DNA from: Bryobacterales bacterium
Lineage (GTDB): Bacteria > Acidobacteriota > Terriglobia > Bryobacterales > UBA6623
Direction of reading: 5' to 3'
Assembly: GCA_963422375.2 (NCBI GenBank)
Contig: OY729428.2
Coordinates: forward strand, 2,528,001 to 2,592,000
DNA: 64,000 nt
The notes under the pieces were generated by a model, which was given only the letters and a program-made list of their open reading frames with translations, was not told the DNA's origin and ran no database searches. The translations under genes were made by a program, and so were the position numbers. This document shows positions 10,629-21,263 of the stretch, one piece after another (the stretch's first letter is position 1; each line of letters begins with the position of its first letter).

Positions 10629-11324
10629 ATGACGAACGGCGGGGAGCCGCTGATACATCTGGAGTCCGTCTCGAAGGTCTTCCTCACCGACGAAGTGGAG
10701 ACGCACGCCCTGTCAGGCGTCGACCTCGAGATCCGCGAGGGCGAGTACGTCTCCGTGGCCGGCCCGTCGGGTTGCGGCAAGTCCACGCTGCTGTCGATCC
10801 TCGGCCTGCTCGACACGCCCACCGAAGGCGTCTACCGGCTCGACGGCGAGCCGGTCGAGAACCTCAAGGCGCGCCAGCGGGCGCGCATCCGCAACCGCCG
10901 GATCGGCTTCATTTTCCAGGCGTTCAACCTGATCGGCGACCTGACGGTGTTCGAGAACGTGGAGCTGCCGCTGACCTACCGGGGCATGGCGAAGGCGGAG
11001 CGCAAGCGGCGGGTCGAGGAGGCCTTGAACCGGGTCGAGATGAAGCACCGCATGAAGCACTTCCCGTCGCAGCTGTCCGGCGGGCAGCAGCAGCGCGTGG
11101 CAGTGGCCCGGGCCTTAGGCGGGGATCCCGCCCTGCTGCTGGCCGACGAGCCGACCGGCAATCTCGACTCCAAGAACGGCGAGGCCGTGATGAACCTCTT
11201 GCGGGACATTCACGGCGCAGGCGCGACGATCTGCATGGTGACCCACGACCAGCGCTTCGAGGCATACGCCCGGCGCGTCGTGCGGCTCTTCGACGGGCGA
11301 GTCGTCGACGATCCGCCCCACTGA
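10629..11324 (+). CDS. ABC transporter ATP-binding protein (LolD/MacB-ATPase family)
   Basis: [55 protein letters not shown]; start could instead be TTG 10620. Confidence 0.93.
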   Translation: MTNGGEPLIHLESVSKVFLTDEVETHALSGVDLEIREGEYVSVAGPSGCGKSTLLSILGLLDTPTEGVYRLDGEPVENLKARQRARIRNRRIGFIFQAFNLIGDLTVFENVELPLTYRGMAKAERKRRVEEALNRVEMKHRMKHFPSQLSGGQQQRVAVARALGGDPALLLADEPTGNLDSKNGEAVMNLLRDIHGAGATICMVTHDQRFEAYARRVVRLFDGRVVDDPPH

Positions 11325-11535
11325 GGCGATCCGTTGCGCGGGCAAGACCCTCTTGCCGTGCCTGCTCCGCTGAGCTGCAAGGCGGCGCCAGGGCGTCGTC
11401 GCGGGAATTGCAGGTCCCGCGAGGGCAGCTTCCGTCCTGCATTTCACGTCTAGAGGTATGATGTAGCCTCCCGCACCGTGCTTCAGGGTACGATTTCAGC
11501 CTCGTAGCAGTCGCTCAAACCCCTAGGAGTCCCCC

Positions 11536-12205
11536 ATGCGATTGGTCTTGGCATTGTGCGTCGCTTCTCTTGCCATGGCACGCGCCGATGCTCATCCGTC
11601 TGCTTGGTCGATGGCGTGACCGGTGCCGTCGAACCCGGCCGAATCAGTATCGAGACGGAGCGGTGGACAGTCGATTACGAGATTGGGGGTACGTTGGATC
11701 TGAGGCAGCTTGGGCCTTGGTCTGGCAAGAATTTTCGGCCGACGGGCTGGATCCGGTCACTGCGAGCTACCTTAGCGTGTCCGGCACCCCGGAAAGACGG
11801 ACTCGACAGCAGTGTAGGACTTGGGACAATCACCCCAAGTCACTGGCATCGGCCGGACGACTCCCATCGGTGACGGGTCCAGCAGCATCGGCAGCCTTCC
11901 ATTCGCCCAACGGCGTTGCCGCAGACGGGCTCGGCAACCTAGTCATCGCCATTTCAAGCGACGAACGAGTGCGGAGAGTTGATCTCTATGGCACCATCAC
12001 CAGTGTGGTCGGCGACACTTTCTGGGGCCGTATCTACGACCTGATCGCCGCCAGCTTTCTCCATCCCAGCGGCGTGGCCGGAGGGCGGGCCCGCCAATGT
12101 CTTAATCGCGGACGGTGGAAACCGTCACGTGCGAAGTATGAGGGTCTCCCCAGCAGGCGAGCGCGTCCTTCATGGCACATTCATCGTGGTACATCAGGGG
12201 GATGA
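11536..12205 (+). pseudogene. Secreted NHL-repeat protein remnant
   Basis: AGGAG then ATG 11536 with a signal peptide (MRLVLALCVASLAMA) and an early stop; downstream GPAASAAFHSPNGVAADGLGNLVIA..ERVRRVDLYGTITSVVG and frameshifted FLHPSGVA..NVLIADGGNRHVR NHL repeats. Confidence 0.6.
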
Positions 12206-12666
12206 CACTTCTCATAGTTCCGTAACTACTTGAATCCCGGAGCGCCTCGGACGCATCCTCGATTTACTGATTCCTACCCTTGGGCACCAGACGAATCCAT
12301 CCTAACGCCCATGAATTCTCCGGTCACCCAATCTGGCTCGGCTCGTCGGCGCACCCCGAGCGGCTTGGCGGAGAATCCGCCGGACGGAAACGAAGCCAAA
12401 TGAAACCAACCTGTTACAGGCATGCCTGACAGCGGCAGTCGCGGGACGGCTCGCCTTCCATCTTGTTCGCCTCCGACACTCGGAGGAGAGTTCTGAGTGG
12501 CACGGGCCGACTGGGTTCTCGAATGACCGGCTCAACGCGACACGGCCCCTGATCGGCCCTGCGGAGTTGGAATCCCGGTGCGTCGCGCTCTGGCTGTATC
12601 ATGGGAGCGTCGAATATAGCGTTGCGACTAACCGGACGCCAGCTAGAGTGAAGGCGCTAGGACACG

Positions 12667-15414
12667 GTGCCTCTCAATTGCAGATGTTGGCCACTACCTG
12701 AAGTGCGGGCGACGGCTCGCAGTCTGGCGAGCGTCGTGGCAGGCCTGCTCGCGCTGGCCAGCCTGTGTCCCAGCTTGGCGCACAGCGAGGGCCTAGCGGA
12801 GTACTTCGAGAATCGGGTCCGTCCCCTGCTGGCAGAGAAGTGCTTCTCGTGCCACGCCCAGACAAGAATGGGCGGCCTCGAGATGGTGTCTAGGGAGGCG
12901 CTGCTGCGCGGCGGCCAGTCCGGCCCCGCCGTCGAGCCGAGAGCCCCGGAGCGGAGCCTGCTGATCAGGGCAATCCGCTACACCGATGATCGCCTGCAGA
13001 TGCCGCCGACCCAGCGGCTGGCACCGGCGGAGGTCGAAGTCCTCACCAAGTGGGTCGAAGACGGAGCGGTCTGGCCCGAGACCCCTACCGTCGACAGCGA
13101 CGCGGGCGACGGTAGGCTAGCCATCACCGACGACCACCGCAGATTCTGGGCCTTCTTGCCCGTGTCAAGACCGGGGCCGCCTCCCGGCCGCGGTACGCTG
13201 ATCGACCGATTCGTCAATGCCAAGCTGGACGCGGCCGACCTCTCCGGCTCTCCCCCGGCCGACAGACGCACCCTTATCAGGCGCATCTCGTACGACCTGA
13301 CGGGGCTGCCGCCCTCCCCGGAAGAGGTCGACGCCTTCGTGGCCGACGACTCGCCCCGGGCCTTCGCGGATCTCGTGGACAGGCTGCTCGCTTCGCCGCT
13401 CTACGGAGAGCGCTGGGGAAGGCACTGGCTGGACGTAGCGCGCTACTCGGACGACCGCCTCAATTCGACGCAAGACGAGCCCTACCCGAACGCCTGGCGC
13501 TACCGCGACTGGGTCATCAGGGCCTTCAACGACGACATGCCCTACGACGTGTTCGTCAAGGCGCAGTTCGCGGCCGACCAGATGGACGAGCGTGACCGCA
13601 AGTCGTGGACGCCCGAGGAGCTTCTACCCGGTCTCGGGCTGTTCGGACTGAGCCCGAAGTTCCAGGACGACAGGATCGACGTGACCGGAAGGGGCTTCCT
13701 AGGCCTGACAGTGGCGTGCGCCGAGTGCCACGACCACAAGTTCGATCCCATTCCGACGGAGGACTACTACGCGCTCCTAGGCGTCTTCAACAGCAGCGAG
13801 GAGCGGGAGGAGCCACTCGCGGACGAGCGGGACGTTCAGGCCTACGCCGAAAGGAAGAGGGCGGCGGACGCCGCCAGAGCGAGGCTTCAGGCGTTTCTCG
13901 ACACGCAGTCGAAGCAGCTGGTCGACGCCACGGCGGCCCGGACAAGCGAGTACATCGTGGCGGCGTGGAGAGTTGGCGGTCCGCCGGGCACCGCGCTCGC
14001 GGCGACGGCCAGCGAGCTAGGACTGGACGCCGAGACCCTCGAGCGGTGGATCAGGTACCTCTCCGGATGGCCCAAGCAGCATCCTCTGCTCGACGAGTGG
14101 CAGGTCCTGGGAAGCGACGAGGGAACGCTGGCCGAAGTCGAGACATTCGCCGAGCGCATCGAGGACCAAGTCATCCGCCTCATCGCCGAGAAGCGGCGGA
14201 TCGAGCGAGAGAACGACATCCGCTTACGCGGCGACCGCTCCGGCACCAACATCCGCCGCACCGCGCTCCTGGCGCTGCCGCGCGACGAGTTCTACCTGTG
14301 GAACGATGTCGCCTCCCCGCACTCCCGCGACCTGCCGGAACGCGCCGAGACCGGAATCCTGTACTACGAGGACGAGGCCGTCGAGCGCTTTCTTTCAGGG
14401 GTCTGGCTCGACCACGTCGCTCGCAGCCGCGAGGAGATCAAGCGTCTCGAGGCGGCGATCCCCCCGAAGTATCCCTTCCTGCACGCGCTGGCCGACAGGG
14501 ACGTGCCCGCCAACGAGCACGTCCGCATCCGCGGCAGCGCCGACAACCTCGGAGACGAGGTCCCGCGACGGTTCCTGCAGATCCTGAGCGCCGGCAAGCC
14601 GCGGCCCTTCGCCCGAGGCAGCGGGCGGCTGGATTTGGCGCGCGCGATCACCTCGCCACGGAACCCGCTCGCAGCCCGGGTCATGGCGAACCGGATCTGG
14701 ATGCATCACTTCGGCAGGGGCATCGTGGGGTCCCCCAGCAACTTCGGCCAGATGGGCGAGCGGCCCACGCACCCGGAGCTGCTCGACTACCTCGCCGCCC
14801 GCTTCTTCGAGAGCGGCTGGTCAGTCAAGGCGCTGCACCGCGAGATCCTCTTGACGGACGCGTACCGGCGCAGCATCCGCGACATCCCGGCCAGCCGGGC
14901 AGCCGACCCCGAGAACCGCCTGCTGTGGCGGGCGAACCGTCGGCGCCTGGACGCGGAGAGCCTGCTGGACTCGATGCTCTTCCTGTCCGGACGGCTCGCC
15001 AGCGAGGCGGGCGGGCCGCCGCAACCGTGGGACGAGCTTGGAATTCGTCGCCGGACCGTCTACAGCTTCGTCAGCCGCCGGCGGCTCGACGTCCGCTTGG
15101 GAGTGTTCGATTTCCCCAACCCTAATCGCACGAGCCCGCGGCGATTCGGCACGAACACCGCGCTGCAGGGCCTGTTCTTCCTGAACAGCGAGCTGCTGAT
15201 GGAGCAGGCGCGCGGCTTGGCCGAGCGCATCCTAGCGGACGCCGGCGCCGATGCCGACGAGCGGATCCGCTACGGCTACCGCCTGCTGTTCGGACGTGCC
15301 CCGAGCGACGAGGAGCTGGCGCTGAACCGCGAATTCGCAGCCACTGCGGACGCCCCATGGCCGCGACTTGCCCAGACTTGGCTGAGTTCGAACGAGTTCC
15401 GATATGTCAACTAG
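12667..15414 (+). CDS. PSD1/DUF1549-DUF1553 planctomycete cytochrome c domain protein
   Basis: YFENRVRPLLAEKCFSCH, YGERWGRHWLDVARY, CAECHDHKFDP, ARVMANRIWMHHFGRG, PTHPELLDYLA, SNEF at the C-terminus. Confidence 0.93.
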   Translation: MPLNCRCWPLPEVRATARSLASVVAGLLALASLCPSLAHSEGLAEYFENRVRPLLAEKCFSCHAQTRMGGLEMVSREALLRGGQSGPAVEPRAPERSLLIRAIRYTDDRLQMPPTQRLAPAEVEVLTKWVEDGAVWPETPTVDSDAGDGRLAITDDHRRFWAFLPVSRPGPPPGRGTLIDRFVNAKLDAADLSGSPPADRRTLIRRISYDLTGLPPSPEEVDAFVADDSPRAFADLVDRLLASPLYGERWGRHWLDVARYSDDRLNSTQDEPYPNAWRYRDWVIRAFNDDMPYDVFVKAQFAADQMDERDRKSWTPEELLPGLGLFGLSPKFQDDRIDVTGRGFLGLTVACAECHDHKFDPIPTEDYYALLGVFNSSEEREEPLADERDVQAYAERKRAADAARARLQAFLDTQSKQLVDATAARTSEYIVAAWRVGGPPGTALAATASELGLDAETLERWIRYLSGWPKQHPLLDEWQVLGSDEGTLAEVETFAERIEDQVIRLIAEKRRIERENDIRLRGDRSGTNIRRTALLALPRDEFYLWNDVASPHSRDLPERAETGILYYEDEAVERFLSGVWLDHVARSREEIKRLEAAIPPKYPFLHALADRDVPANEHVRIRGSADNLGDEVPRRFLQILSAGKPRPFARGSGRLDLARAITSPRNPLAARVMANRIWMHHFGRGIVGSPSNFGQMGERPTHPELLDYLAARFFESGWSVKALHREILLTDAYRRSIRDIPASRAADPENRLLWRANRRRLDAESLLDSMLFLSGRLASEAGGPPQPWDELGIRRRTVYSFVSRRRLDVRLGVFDFPNPNRTSPRRFGTNTALQGLFFLNSELLMEQARGLAERILADAGADADERIRYGYRLLFGRAPSDEELALNREFAATADAPWPRLAQTWLSSNEFRYVN

Positions 15415-16789
15415 CTGCACGCGTCGCGACCTCCTGCGCCTGACCGGGGCAGGCACGGGCATGCTCGGGCTCTCCCAAGCGCTCGCGGGCCAGTCCGCCT
15501 CCGGCCCGCTCGCGCCCAAGGCGCCCCACTTCCAAGCCAAGGCCAAGCATGTCATCCACCTATTCCTGAACGGCGCGCCATCGCAGGTCGACAGCTTCGA
15601 CCACAAGCCGGAACTGACCAAGCTCCACGGCCGGCCCTACCCGGGCGGAAACCTGCGCACCGAGCGCAAGACCGGGTCCCTCATGCGGTCCCCGTTCGAA
15701 TTCTCTCCCTCGGGCAAGAGCGGCATCCCGATCAGCGAGATCTTCCCCAGGCTCGGATCGGTAATCGACAAGTGCCTGGTCATCAACTCGATGCATACGG
15801 ACGTGCCCTTCCACGAGCCGTCCCTGTTCATGTTCAACTGCGGCCAGCGCGTGGCGGGGCATCCCGCCTACGGAGCGTGGATGACCTACGGCCTAGGCAC
15901 CGAGAACCAGGACCTGCCGGGCTTCGTGGTGCTGTGCCCGGGCTACCCGGTCGTGGGCCCGCAGCTGTGGACGTCCGCGTACCTCCCCGGCGCCTACCAA
16001 GGCGCCTACGTGCGCAATGCTGAGGTCGAGCCCGAGAAGCTGGTGCCGTTCCTGCGCAATCCGAGCCTGTCGCTCGAGGCACAGCGGGAACAGCTGGACC
16101 TGCTCGGCCGGCTGAACGCCCTGCACCTGCGGCGCGAAGGCGCCGCGCCTCAGCTGGAGGCGGCAATCCACGCGATGGAAGTCGCGTTCCGGATGCAATC
16201 CGAAGCTACGGACGCCTTCGACGTCCGCCGCGAGAGCGACAGGACGAGGGAGCGGTACGGCAACAGCAACTTCGCCCGCGGCTGCCTCGTCGCCCGGCGA
16301 CTTGTCGAGCGCGGCGTGCGGATCGTGCAGCTGTACTACGGCAACCTCCAGCCGTGGGACACTCACGACGACATCCAAGACATGCGCACCCTGGCGGCCA
16401 AGTCGGACGGCGCGATGGCCTCGCTCATCGAGGATCTCGACGCCAGCGGACTTCTCGATGAAACAATCGTGCTGATCGGCGGGGAGTTCGGCCAGACGCC
16501 CACCGTGGAGATCGCCGGCGTCACCAAGCTGCACGCGGGGCGCGACCACAACAACCACGGCTTCAGCGTCGTGGTCGCCGGCGGGGGGTTCCGGCAGGGG
16601 GTGAGGTACGGCTCGACGGACGAGTTCGGCTTCAAGGCTGTCGAGAACAAGATCCACGTGCGGGATCTGCACGCGACGATGCTGCACCAAATGGGGATCG
16701 ACCATGAGCGTCTCACTTACCGCCACAGCGGCCGGGACTTCCGGTTGACCGACGTAGAAGGCGAGGTCAAGACGGACCTGCTGGCATAG
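15404..16789 (+). CDS. DUF1501 domain protein (Tat-exported, sulfatase-like)
   Basis: TRRDLL Tat motif, AKAKHVIHLFLNGAPSQVDSFD, ARRLVERGVR, WDTH, GRDH, GRDFRLTDV; overlaps the PSD1 gene end. Confidence 0.93.
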   Translation: MSTSCTRRDLLRLTGAGTGMLGLSQALAGQSASGPLAPKAPHFQAKAKHVIHLFLNGAPSQVDSFDHKPELTKLHGRPYPGGNLRTERKTGSLMRSPFEFSPSGKSGIPISEIFPRLGSVIDKCLVINSMHTDVPFHEPSLFMFNCGQRVAGHPAYGAWMTYGLGTENQDLPGFVVLCPGYPVVGPQLWTSAYLPGAYQGAYVRNAEVEPEKLVPFLRNPSLSLEAQREQLDLLGRLNALHLRREGAAPQLEAAIHAMEVAFRMQSEATDAFDVRRESDRTRERYGNSNFARGCLVARRLVERGVRIVQLYYGNLQPWDTHDDIQDMRTLAAKSDGAMASLIEDLDASGLLDETIVLIGGEFGQTPTVEIAGVTKLHAGRDHNNHGFSVVVAGGGFRQGVRYGSTDEFGFKAVENKIHVRDLHATMLHQMGIDHERLTYRHSGRDFRLTDVEGEVKTDLLA

Positions 16790-16855
16790 CTCGGGGCCCG
16801 CCCACTCCGGCCCGGTCCCGTGCTTGGGGCCTGCCTTGGGCGACAATGGCGGTAG

Positions 16856-17572
16856 ATGCGCAACAACGGTAGGCATCCCGACCAAGCGCGGCAGACGAGG
16901 ATCCAGCCGGGCGTTCTCGCAGCGGCAGAGGGATCCGCGCTGATAGAAGTCGGCCATACGAAGGTCATTTGCGCCGCCACCGTGGACAGCACGGTGCCTC
17001 CGTTCCTTCGGGGCTCGGGCAGCGGGTGGGTCACCGCCGAGTACAGCATGCTGCCTCGGTCCACGGTGACGCGGACGCCGAGGGAAGTCCAGAGGGGCCG
17101 GCCGTCGGGCCGCACCTCGGAGATCCAGCGCCTGATCGGGCGGTCGCTGCGGGCCGCGGTGCGGCTTGACCGCCTAGGCGAGAGGACGATTATCGTCGAC
17201 TGCGACGTGATGCAGGCCGACGGAGGCACCCGCACGGCCTCGATCACGGGCGGCTGGGTCGCGATGGCCATAGCGATCCAGCAGCTCGTCGAGTACGAGG
17301 TAATCCGGAAGACGCCGCTCCGGCACTATGTGGGCGCCACCAGCGTCGGCATCGTCGACGGCAGGCCAATGCTCGACCTGTGCTACGAGGAGGATTCTCG
17401 GGCCGAGGTCGACATGAACGTGGTCATGACTTCTAAGGGAGAGTTCATCGAGGTTCAAGCCAGCGCCGAGGGGCGTGCGTTCTCCCGAGCGGAACTCGAG
17501 AAGCAGCTCTCGCTGGCCGAAGCGGGCATCCGGTCGCTTGTCGAGGCCCAGCGCAAGCTGGTGGAATTCTGA
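16856..17572 (+). CDS. rph: Ribonuclease PH
   Basis: AEGSALIEVGHTKVICAA, GWVTAEYSMLPRST, EIQRLIGRSLRA, DCDVMQADGGTRTASITG, DLCYEEDS. Confidence 0.97.
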   Translation: MRNNGRHPDQARQTRIQPGVLAAAEGSALIEVGHTKVICAATVDSTVPPFLRGSGSGWVTAEYSMLPRSTVTRTPREVQRGRPSGRTSEIQRLIGRSLRAAVRLDRLGERTIIVDCDVMQADGGTRTASITGGWVAMAIAIQQLVEYEVIRKTPLRHYVGATSVGIVDGRPMLDLCYEEDSRAEVDMNVVMTSKGEFIEVQASAEGRAFSRAELEKQLSLAEAGIRSLVEAQRKLVEF

Positions 17573-17576
17573 CGGA

Positions 17577-18158
17577 ATGCTCGAACTAGTCTGCGCCACG
17601 TCGAATCGGCACAAGCTCCGCGAGTTCCAGCAGGCATCGGGCAGCGACGTGGCCGTCAGGGGCTGCGAGCCTCTCGCCTGCCCCGAGACCGGATCGACGT
17701 TCGAAGCCAACGCCCTGCAGAAGGCTTCCTGCTACAGCGCCGCGACTGGCGCGCCATGGCTGTTCGCCGACGACTCCGGCCTGGAGGTCGACGCTCTCGG
17801 CGGAGAGCCCGGCATTCTGTCCGCCCGCTACGCAGGCGCCGACGCGGACGACCTCGCGAACAACCGCTTGCTGCTCGCCAGCCTGTCAAGCGTGCCCTGG
17901 AAGGAGCGGACCGCCCGCTTCGTGTGCGCGATCGCGTTACTACGGGACGGCGCCCTGGCGGCCACCTTTCGCGGCGTCGCGGAAGGCCTGGTCCTGCGAC
18001 GGCACTCCGGCACGCACGGCTTCGGATACGACCCCCTGTTCTACTTCCCTCCCCTTCGGAAGAGCTTCGGGCGGCTGCCCGCCGCAGAAAAATGGCAGCA
18101 TAGCCACCGCGGCAAGGCGTACAGGGCGATGCTTGGCTGGATCCGCCAGCGGTCATGA
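17577..18158 (+). CDS. rdgB: Non-canonical purine NTP pyrophosphatase (RdgB/HAM1)
   Basis: ATSNRHKLREF, ETGSTFEANALQKA, ADDSGLEVDALGGEPG, GFGYDPLF, SHRGKA; follows rph. Confidence 0.94.
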   Translation: MLELVCATSNRHKLREFQQASGSDVAVRGCEPLACPETGSTFEANALQKASCYSAATGAPWLFADDSGLEVDALGGEPGILSARYAGADADDLANNRLLLASLSSVPWKERTARFVCAIALLRDGALAATFRGVAEGLVLRRHSGTHGFGYDPLFYFPPLRKSFGRLPAAEKWQHSHRGKAYRAMLGWIRQRS

Positions 18159-19144
18159 ACGGGGACCCGCTCGTTCTCGCCTTCGAGACTGGGGGCACGA
18201 AGCTGGTGGCGGGAGTCGCCGGCATGGACGGGCGACTCGTGAAGACCGTGGCGGTCAGACGCGCAGAAGCTGACAGGGCCCCTCGAAGCTTTCGGCGCAT
18301 CGTAGCCGCGGCGGTGGAACTGCTCGCGGAAGCCCAGTTCGCAGAGAGGCGGCTGGCGGGCATCGGATTCGGATTCGGCGGCACGGTTCGACGGTCCGCA
18401 GGAAGCCCGCACCTGTGCCTTCACGAGGACGGCTGGGACGAAGTTGACGTCGCCGGCCAGCTGGAAGCGCGGTTCAAGGTGCCGGTCTGGATCGAGAACG
18501 ACTGCAAGCTGGCTGCCCTGGCCGAGGCGCATTTCGGCGCGGGCTCGGGAGCGAGATCCCTGTTCTACGTCACCCTCGGAACGGGCGTGGGCGGGGGTTA
18601 CGTCAGGGACGGCGAGATTCTCGCGTTCGGAGACCTAGGCGAGGCGGAAATCGGCCACATCGTAGTTGCCCCGGACGGGCCGGAGTGCGCCTGCGGCAAC
18701 ACGGGCTGCGTCGAGGCGGTCTGTTCCGGCCCGGGCCTGGTAAAGCTGTGCCGCCTGCTCGCCCTGAGGAGCCCCCTTGGGTGGCAGTCGTCGGCCCTGT
18801 CGTACCGGGCGACTCCAGACGAAGTGAAGAGCGAGGCGATCATCGGGGCGTGGCAGGCCGGCGACGGATTCGCAACTCACGTCGTCGAGCGTTCAGCCGC
18901 CAGCCTCGCCTCGGCACTAGCCTCGGCGATCAACCTTCTCGTTCCCGAACGCATCATCGTCGGAGGCGGTCTCGGCACGTCGACCCCGCACCTGCTGGAC
19001 CTCTGGCGACAGTACACCGAACCGCTCGTGGTGCCCTATTTTCGAGGGAGCTACCAAATCGTCAATTCGGACCTGCGGGAAGACGTAGTCACGCAGGGAG
19101 CCGCCGTGATGGCGGCCCAAGGGGTGAAGGACTTAGGCTTCTGA
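18155..19144 (+). CDS. ROK family sugar kinase (glucokinase-like)
   Basis: ETGGTK, IENDCKLAALAE, TLGTGVGGG, EIGHIVV..GPECACGNTGCVEA. Confidence 0.9.
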   Translation: MNGDPLVLAFETGGTKLVAGVAGMDGRLVKTVAVRRAEADRAPRSFRRIVAAAVELLAEAQFAERRLAGIGFGFGGTVRRSAGSPHLCLHEDGWDEVDVAGQLEARFKVPVWIENDCKLAALAEAHFGAGSGARSLFYVTLGTGVGGGYVRDGEILAFGDLGEAEIGHIVVAPDGPECACGNTGCVEAVCSGPGLVKLCRLLALRSPLGWQSSALSYRATPDEVKSEAIIGAWQAGDGFATHVVERSAASLASALASAINLLVPERIIVGGGLGTSTPHLLDLWRQYTEPLVVPYFRGSYQIVNSDLREDVVTQGAAVMAAQGVKDLGF

Positions 19145-19691
19145 TCCCGCGGGAAAACGTCACCGGTCCAGTCGAGTCATTCGCCAAGATCCGAGGAACA
19201 CTGTCAACAAATTTAGCGTCGCTTTAGGCATCACCTAGCAGACCAATCTGACCCGATATCCCGCCATCTTGTGCCTTCTTTGCAGCGACCATTCCGTGTA
19301 CTACATGCGATGGTTAATGGAGACTTCCGTATCAATAATCGATCCATAACAGCGCGCATAGCCGTTCTCTGTCGCGTAATTCACGGCCGCTCTTGTCGCA
19401 GAAAGCGATGCATGCGCATCGGGCCAGCGTCCAGAACAGGTGCCTACTCCCAGTAGGAGATGACCATTGAAGAGAATTCCCGTTCCGCATGCGAAGCGAG
19501 TGTTAAGACCACAGTAGGACCACTGCCGGGCCACTCGGAAGGCTGCACGCAACCGACGCGAAGAGGTGGGTCTCCGCTTCCGCCAGCAAGGTCGCCGACA
19601 CAACATCCGAGCAACCGACGGAGTCGCGGCGCATCTTGAAGGTCGCGGCGAGGAAGCCTCGGGCAGTGGAGATCCGATGTCCCGCTGCGCC

Positions 19692-20984
19692 TCACCAGAC
19701 GCGCAGGGCGTCGCGAAACATCGCGGCCAGATCCGCCTCGTCAAATGGGCGCGGCGAGAGCTTCGTGACACGATGCTGCGGGAGCGTGCCTCGCACGAGC
19801 TCCGGGATTTCGGCCTCGGTGTACCCCAGCCCGGCCAGTCCGTTGGGCACCCCTAGCCGCCGCATGAACCCAATGATGGCGTCCGCCAGCGCGTCGCCCG
19901 CCTCCTCGGGGGGCACGGCGTCCGCCTCGACCCCCAGAGCGGCTGCCGCCGCGAGGTGCCTGCGCGGCGCGGCCGGGGCCGTGAACCGGAACACGGCGGG
20001 CGCGTTGAGGATAACCGAGACCCCGTGAGGAACCATTGCGTGGCCGGTCGGGTAACCCGGCATGCGAAACTCCCGCACCATGCCCGAGACCGGGTACGAC
20101 ATCCCGTGCGGCAGATGCACGCCCGCGTTCCCGAAACCGATGCCGGCGTACGATGCAGCCAGCAGCATCATGCCGCGGGCCTCGTCGTCCGACGGATCCT
20201 CGACGGCCCGCGGCAGGTACGTCCGGACCATCCGCAGGGCCTCCAGCGCCCACAGATCGCTGATCGGATTCGCCCCTTGGTAGGCGGGCCGGTACTTGGG
20301 CCGCGCCGGCGCGGGCCGACGTCTGAAGTCCATCGCCGTGTAGGACTCGATCGCGTGGGACAGGACGTCCAAGCCGGTCGAGGCCGCGACCGCGGCCGGA
20401 AGCGACCGCGTGTTGTCCGGGTCCAGCAGCCCGAGCGTCGGCTTGAGGCCCCGGTCGGCGATGCCCGTCTTCGCATGCATTTCGACGAGGTCGAAGATCG
20501 CGACGCCCGTCGTCTCGCTCCCCGTGCCCGCCGTCGTGGGGATCGCGAAGAGCGGCTTCAGGGGTCCCGGGACGGGCACCCCCTTCCCGATGGGCGGGTT
20601 GACGTAGTCCAGAAAGTCGGCCGGATACGTCGAATACAGATTCGCCGCCTTGGCGGTGTCGATCGTGGACCCGCCCCCCACGGCGACGAACGCCTCCGGG
20701 GCTGCATCCGTCGCAGTGCGGATGGCATCCAGGAAGGACCGGTCCGTGGGCTCCACCTCGACGCACGCGTACACCGTCGCGCGGACGCCCGCCCGGTCCA
20801 GAGAGGCGAGGGCCGTACGCACCGGATGCAGGTCGGCCAGGTACGGGTCGGTGAATAGGAGCGCGCTGCGGATGCCTCGGTCCGCGAGGTCCGGCCCCAG
20901 TTCCCGCGTGACGCCGGCGCCGAAGCGAATGTTGGAAGTCGCGAGCTCGACCGCCCTCTCCGAGATTCCGTTGGATTCCGTCAT
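19692..20984 (-). CDS. Hydroxyacid-oxoacid transhydrogenase (ADHFE1/HOT, iron-containing ADH family)
   Basis: VEPTDRSF, AVGGGSTIDTAKAANLY, YVNPPIGKG, PTTAGTGSETTG, RPAYQGANPISD, GNAGVHLPHGMSYPVSG. Confidence 0.9.
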   Translation of the reverse strand: MTESNGISERAVELATSNIRFGAGVTRELGPDLADRGIRSALLFTDPYLADLHPVRTALASLDRAGVRATVYACVEVEPTDRSFLDAIRTATDAAPEAFVAVGGGSTIDTAKAANLYSTYPADFLDYVNPPIGKGVPVPGPLKPLFAIPTTAGTGSETTGVAIFDLVEMHAKTGIADRGLKPTLGLLDPDNTRSLPAAVAASTGLDVLSHAIESYTAMDFRRRPAPARPKYRPAYQGANPISDLWALEALRMVRTYLPRAVEDPSDDEARGMMLLAASYAGIGFGNAGVHLPHGMSYPVSGMVREFRMPGYPTGHAMVPHGVSVILNAPAVFRFTAPAAPRRHLAAAAALGVEADAVPPEEAGDALADAIIGFMRRLGVPNGLAGLGYTEAEIPELVRGTLPQHRVTKLSPRPFDEADLAAMFRDALRVW

Positions 20985-20990
20985 GTCCGT

Positions 20991-21221
20991 TCAGTTTGCT
21001 CCGAGACGCCGGATGCAGGCCGGATCGAAGCGATGCCGGAACAGCTCCAGCGCGCCCGCCATGGCCACGGGGACGTGCCAGCCGTAGCGGTCGCACAGGT
21101 CGCGATCAGAGTCGACGTCGACTTCCTCGATCTCCAATTCCGGAAGGGCAGCCTCGAGCGCCCGTCTGGCGTCCTCGCAGAGATAGCAGCCGGGCCGGGA
21201 GTACAGCGTTACCCGCGGCAT
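20991..21221 (-). CDS. Glutaredoxin-like protein (DUF836)
   Basis: VTLYSRPGCYLCEDAR...EEVDVD..RYGWHVPV. Confidence 0.85.
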   Translation of the reverse strand: MPRVTLYSRPGCYLCEDARRALEAALPELEIEEVDVDSDRDLCDRYGWHVPVAMAGALELFRHRFDPACIRRLGAN

Positions 21222-21263
21222 GCCGCTCCCAGTATGACAGCGGCGGCGCGCCAGCTAGGGCCC

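Noticed and set aside
19460..19639. 59-aa ORF after AGGAG in the ROK-HOT spacer
   Set aside because: The SD-like sequence abuts the ATG with no spacing and the peptide has no recognisable features.
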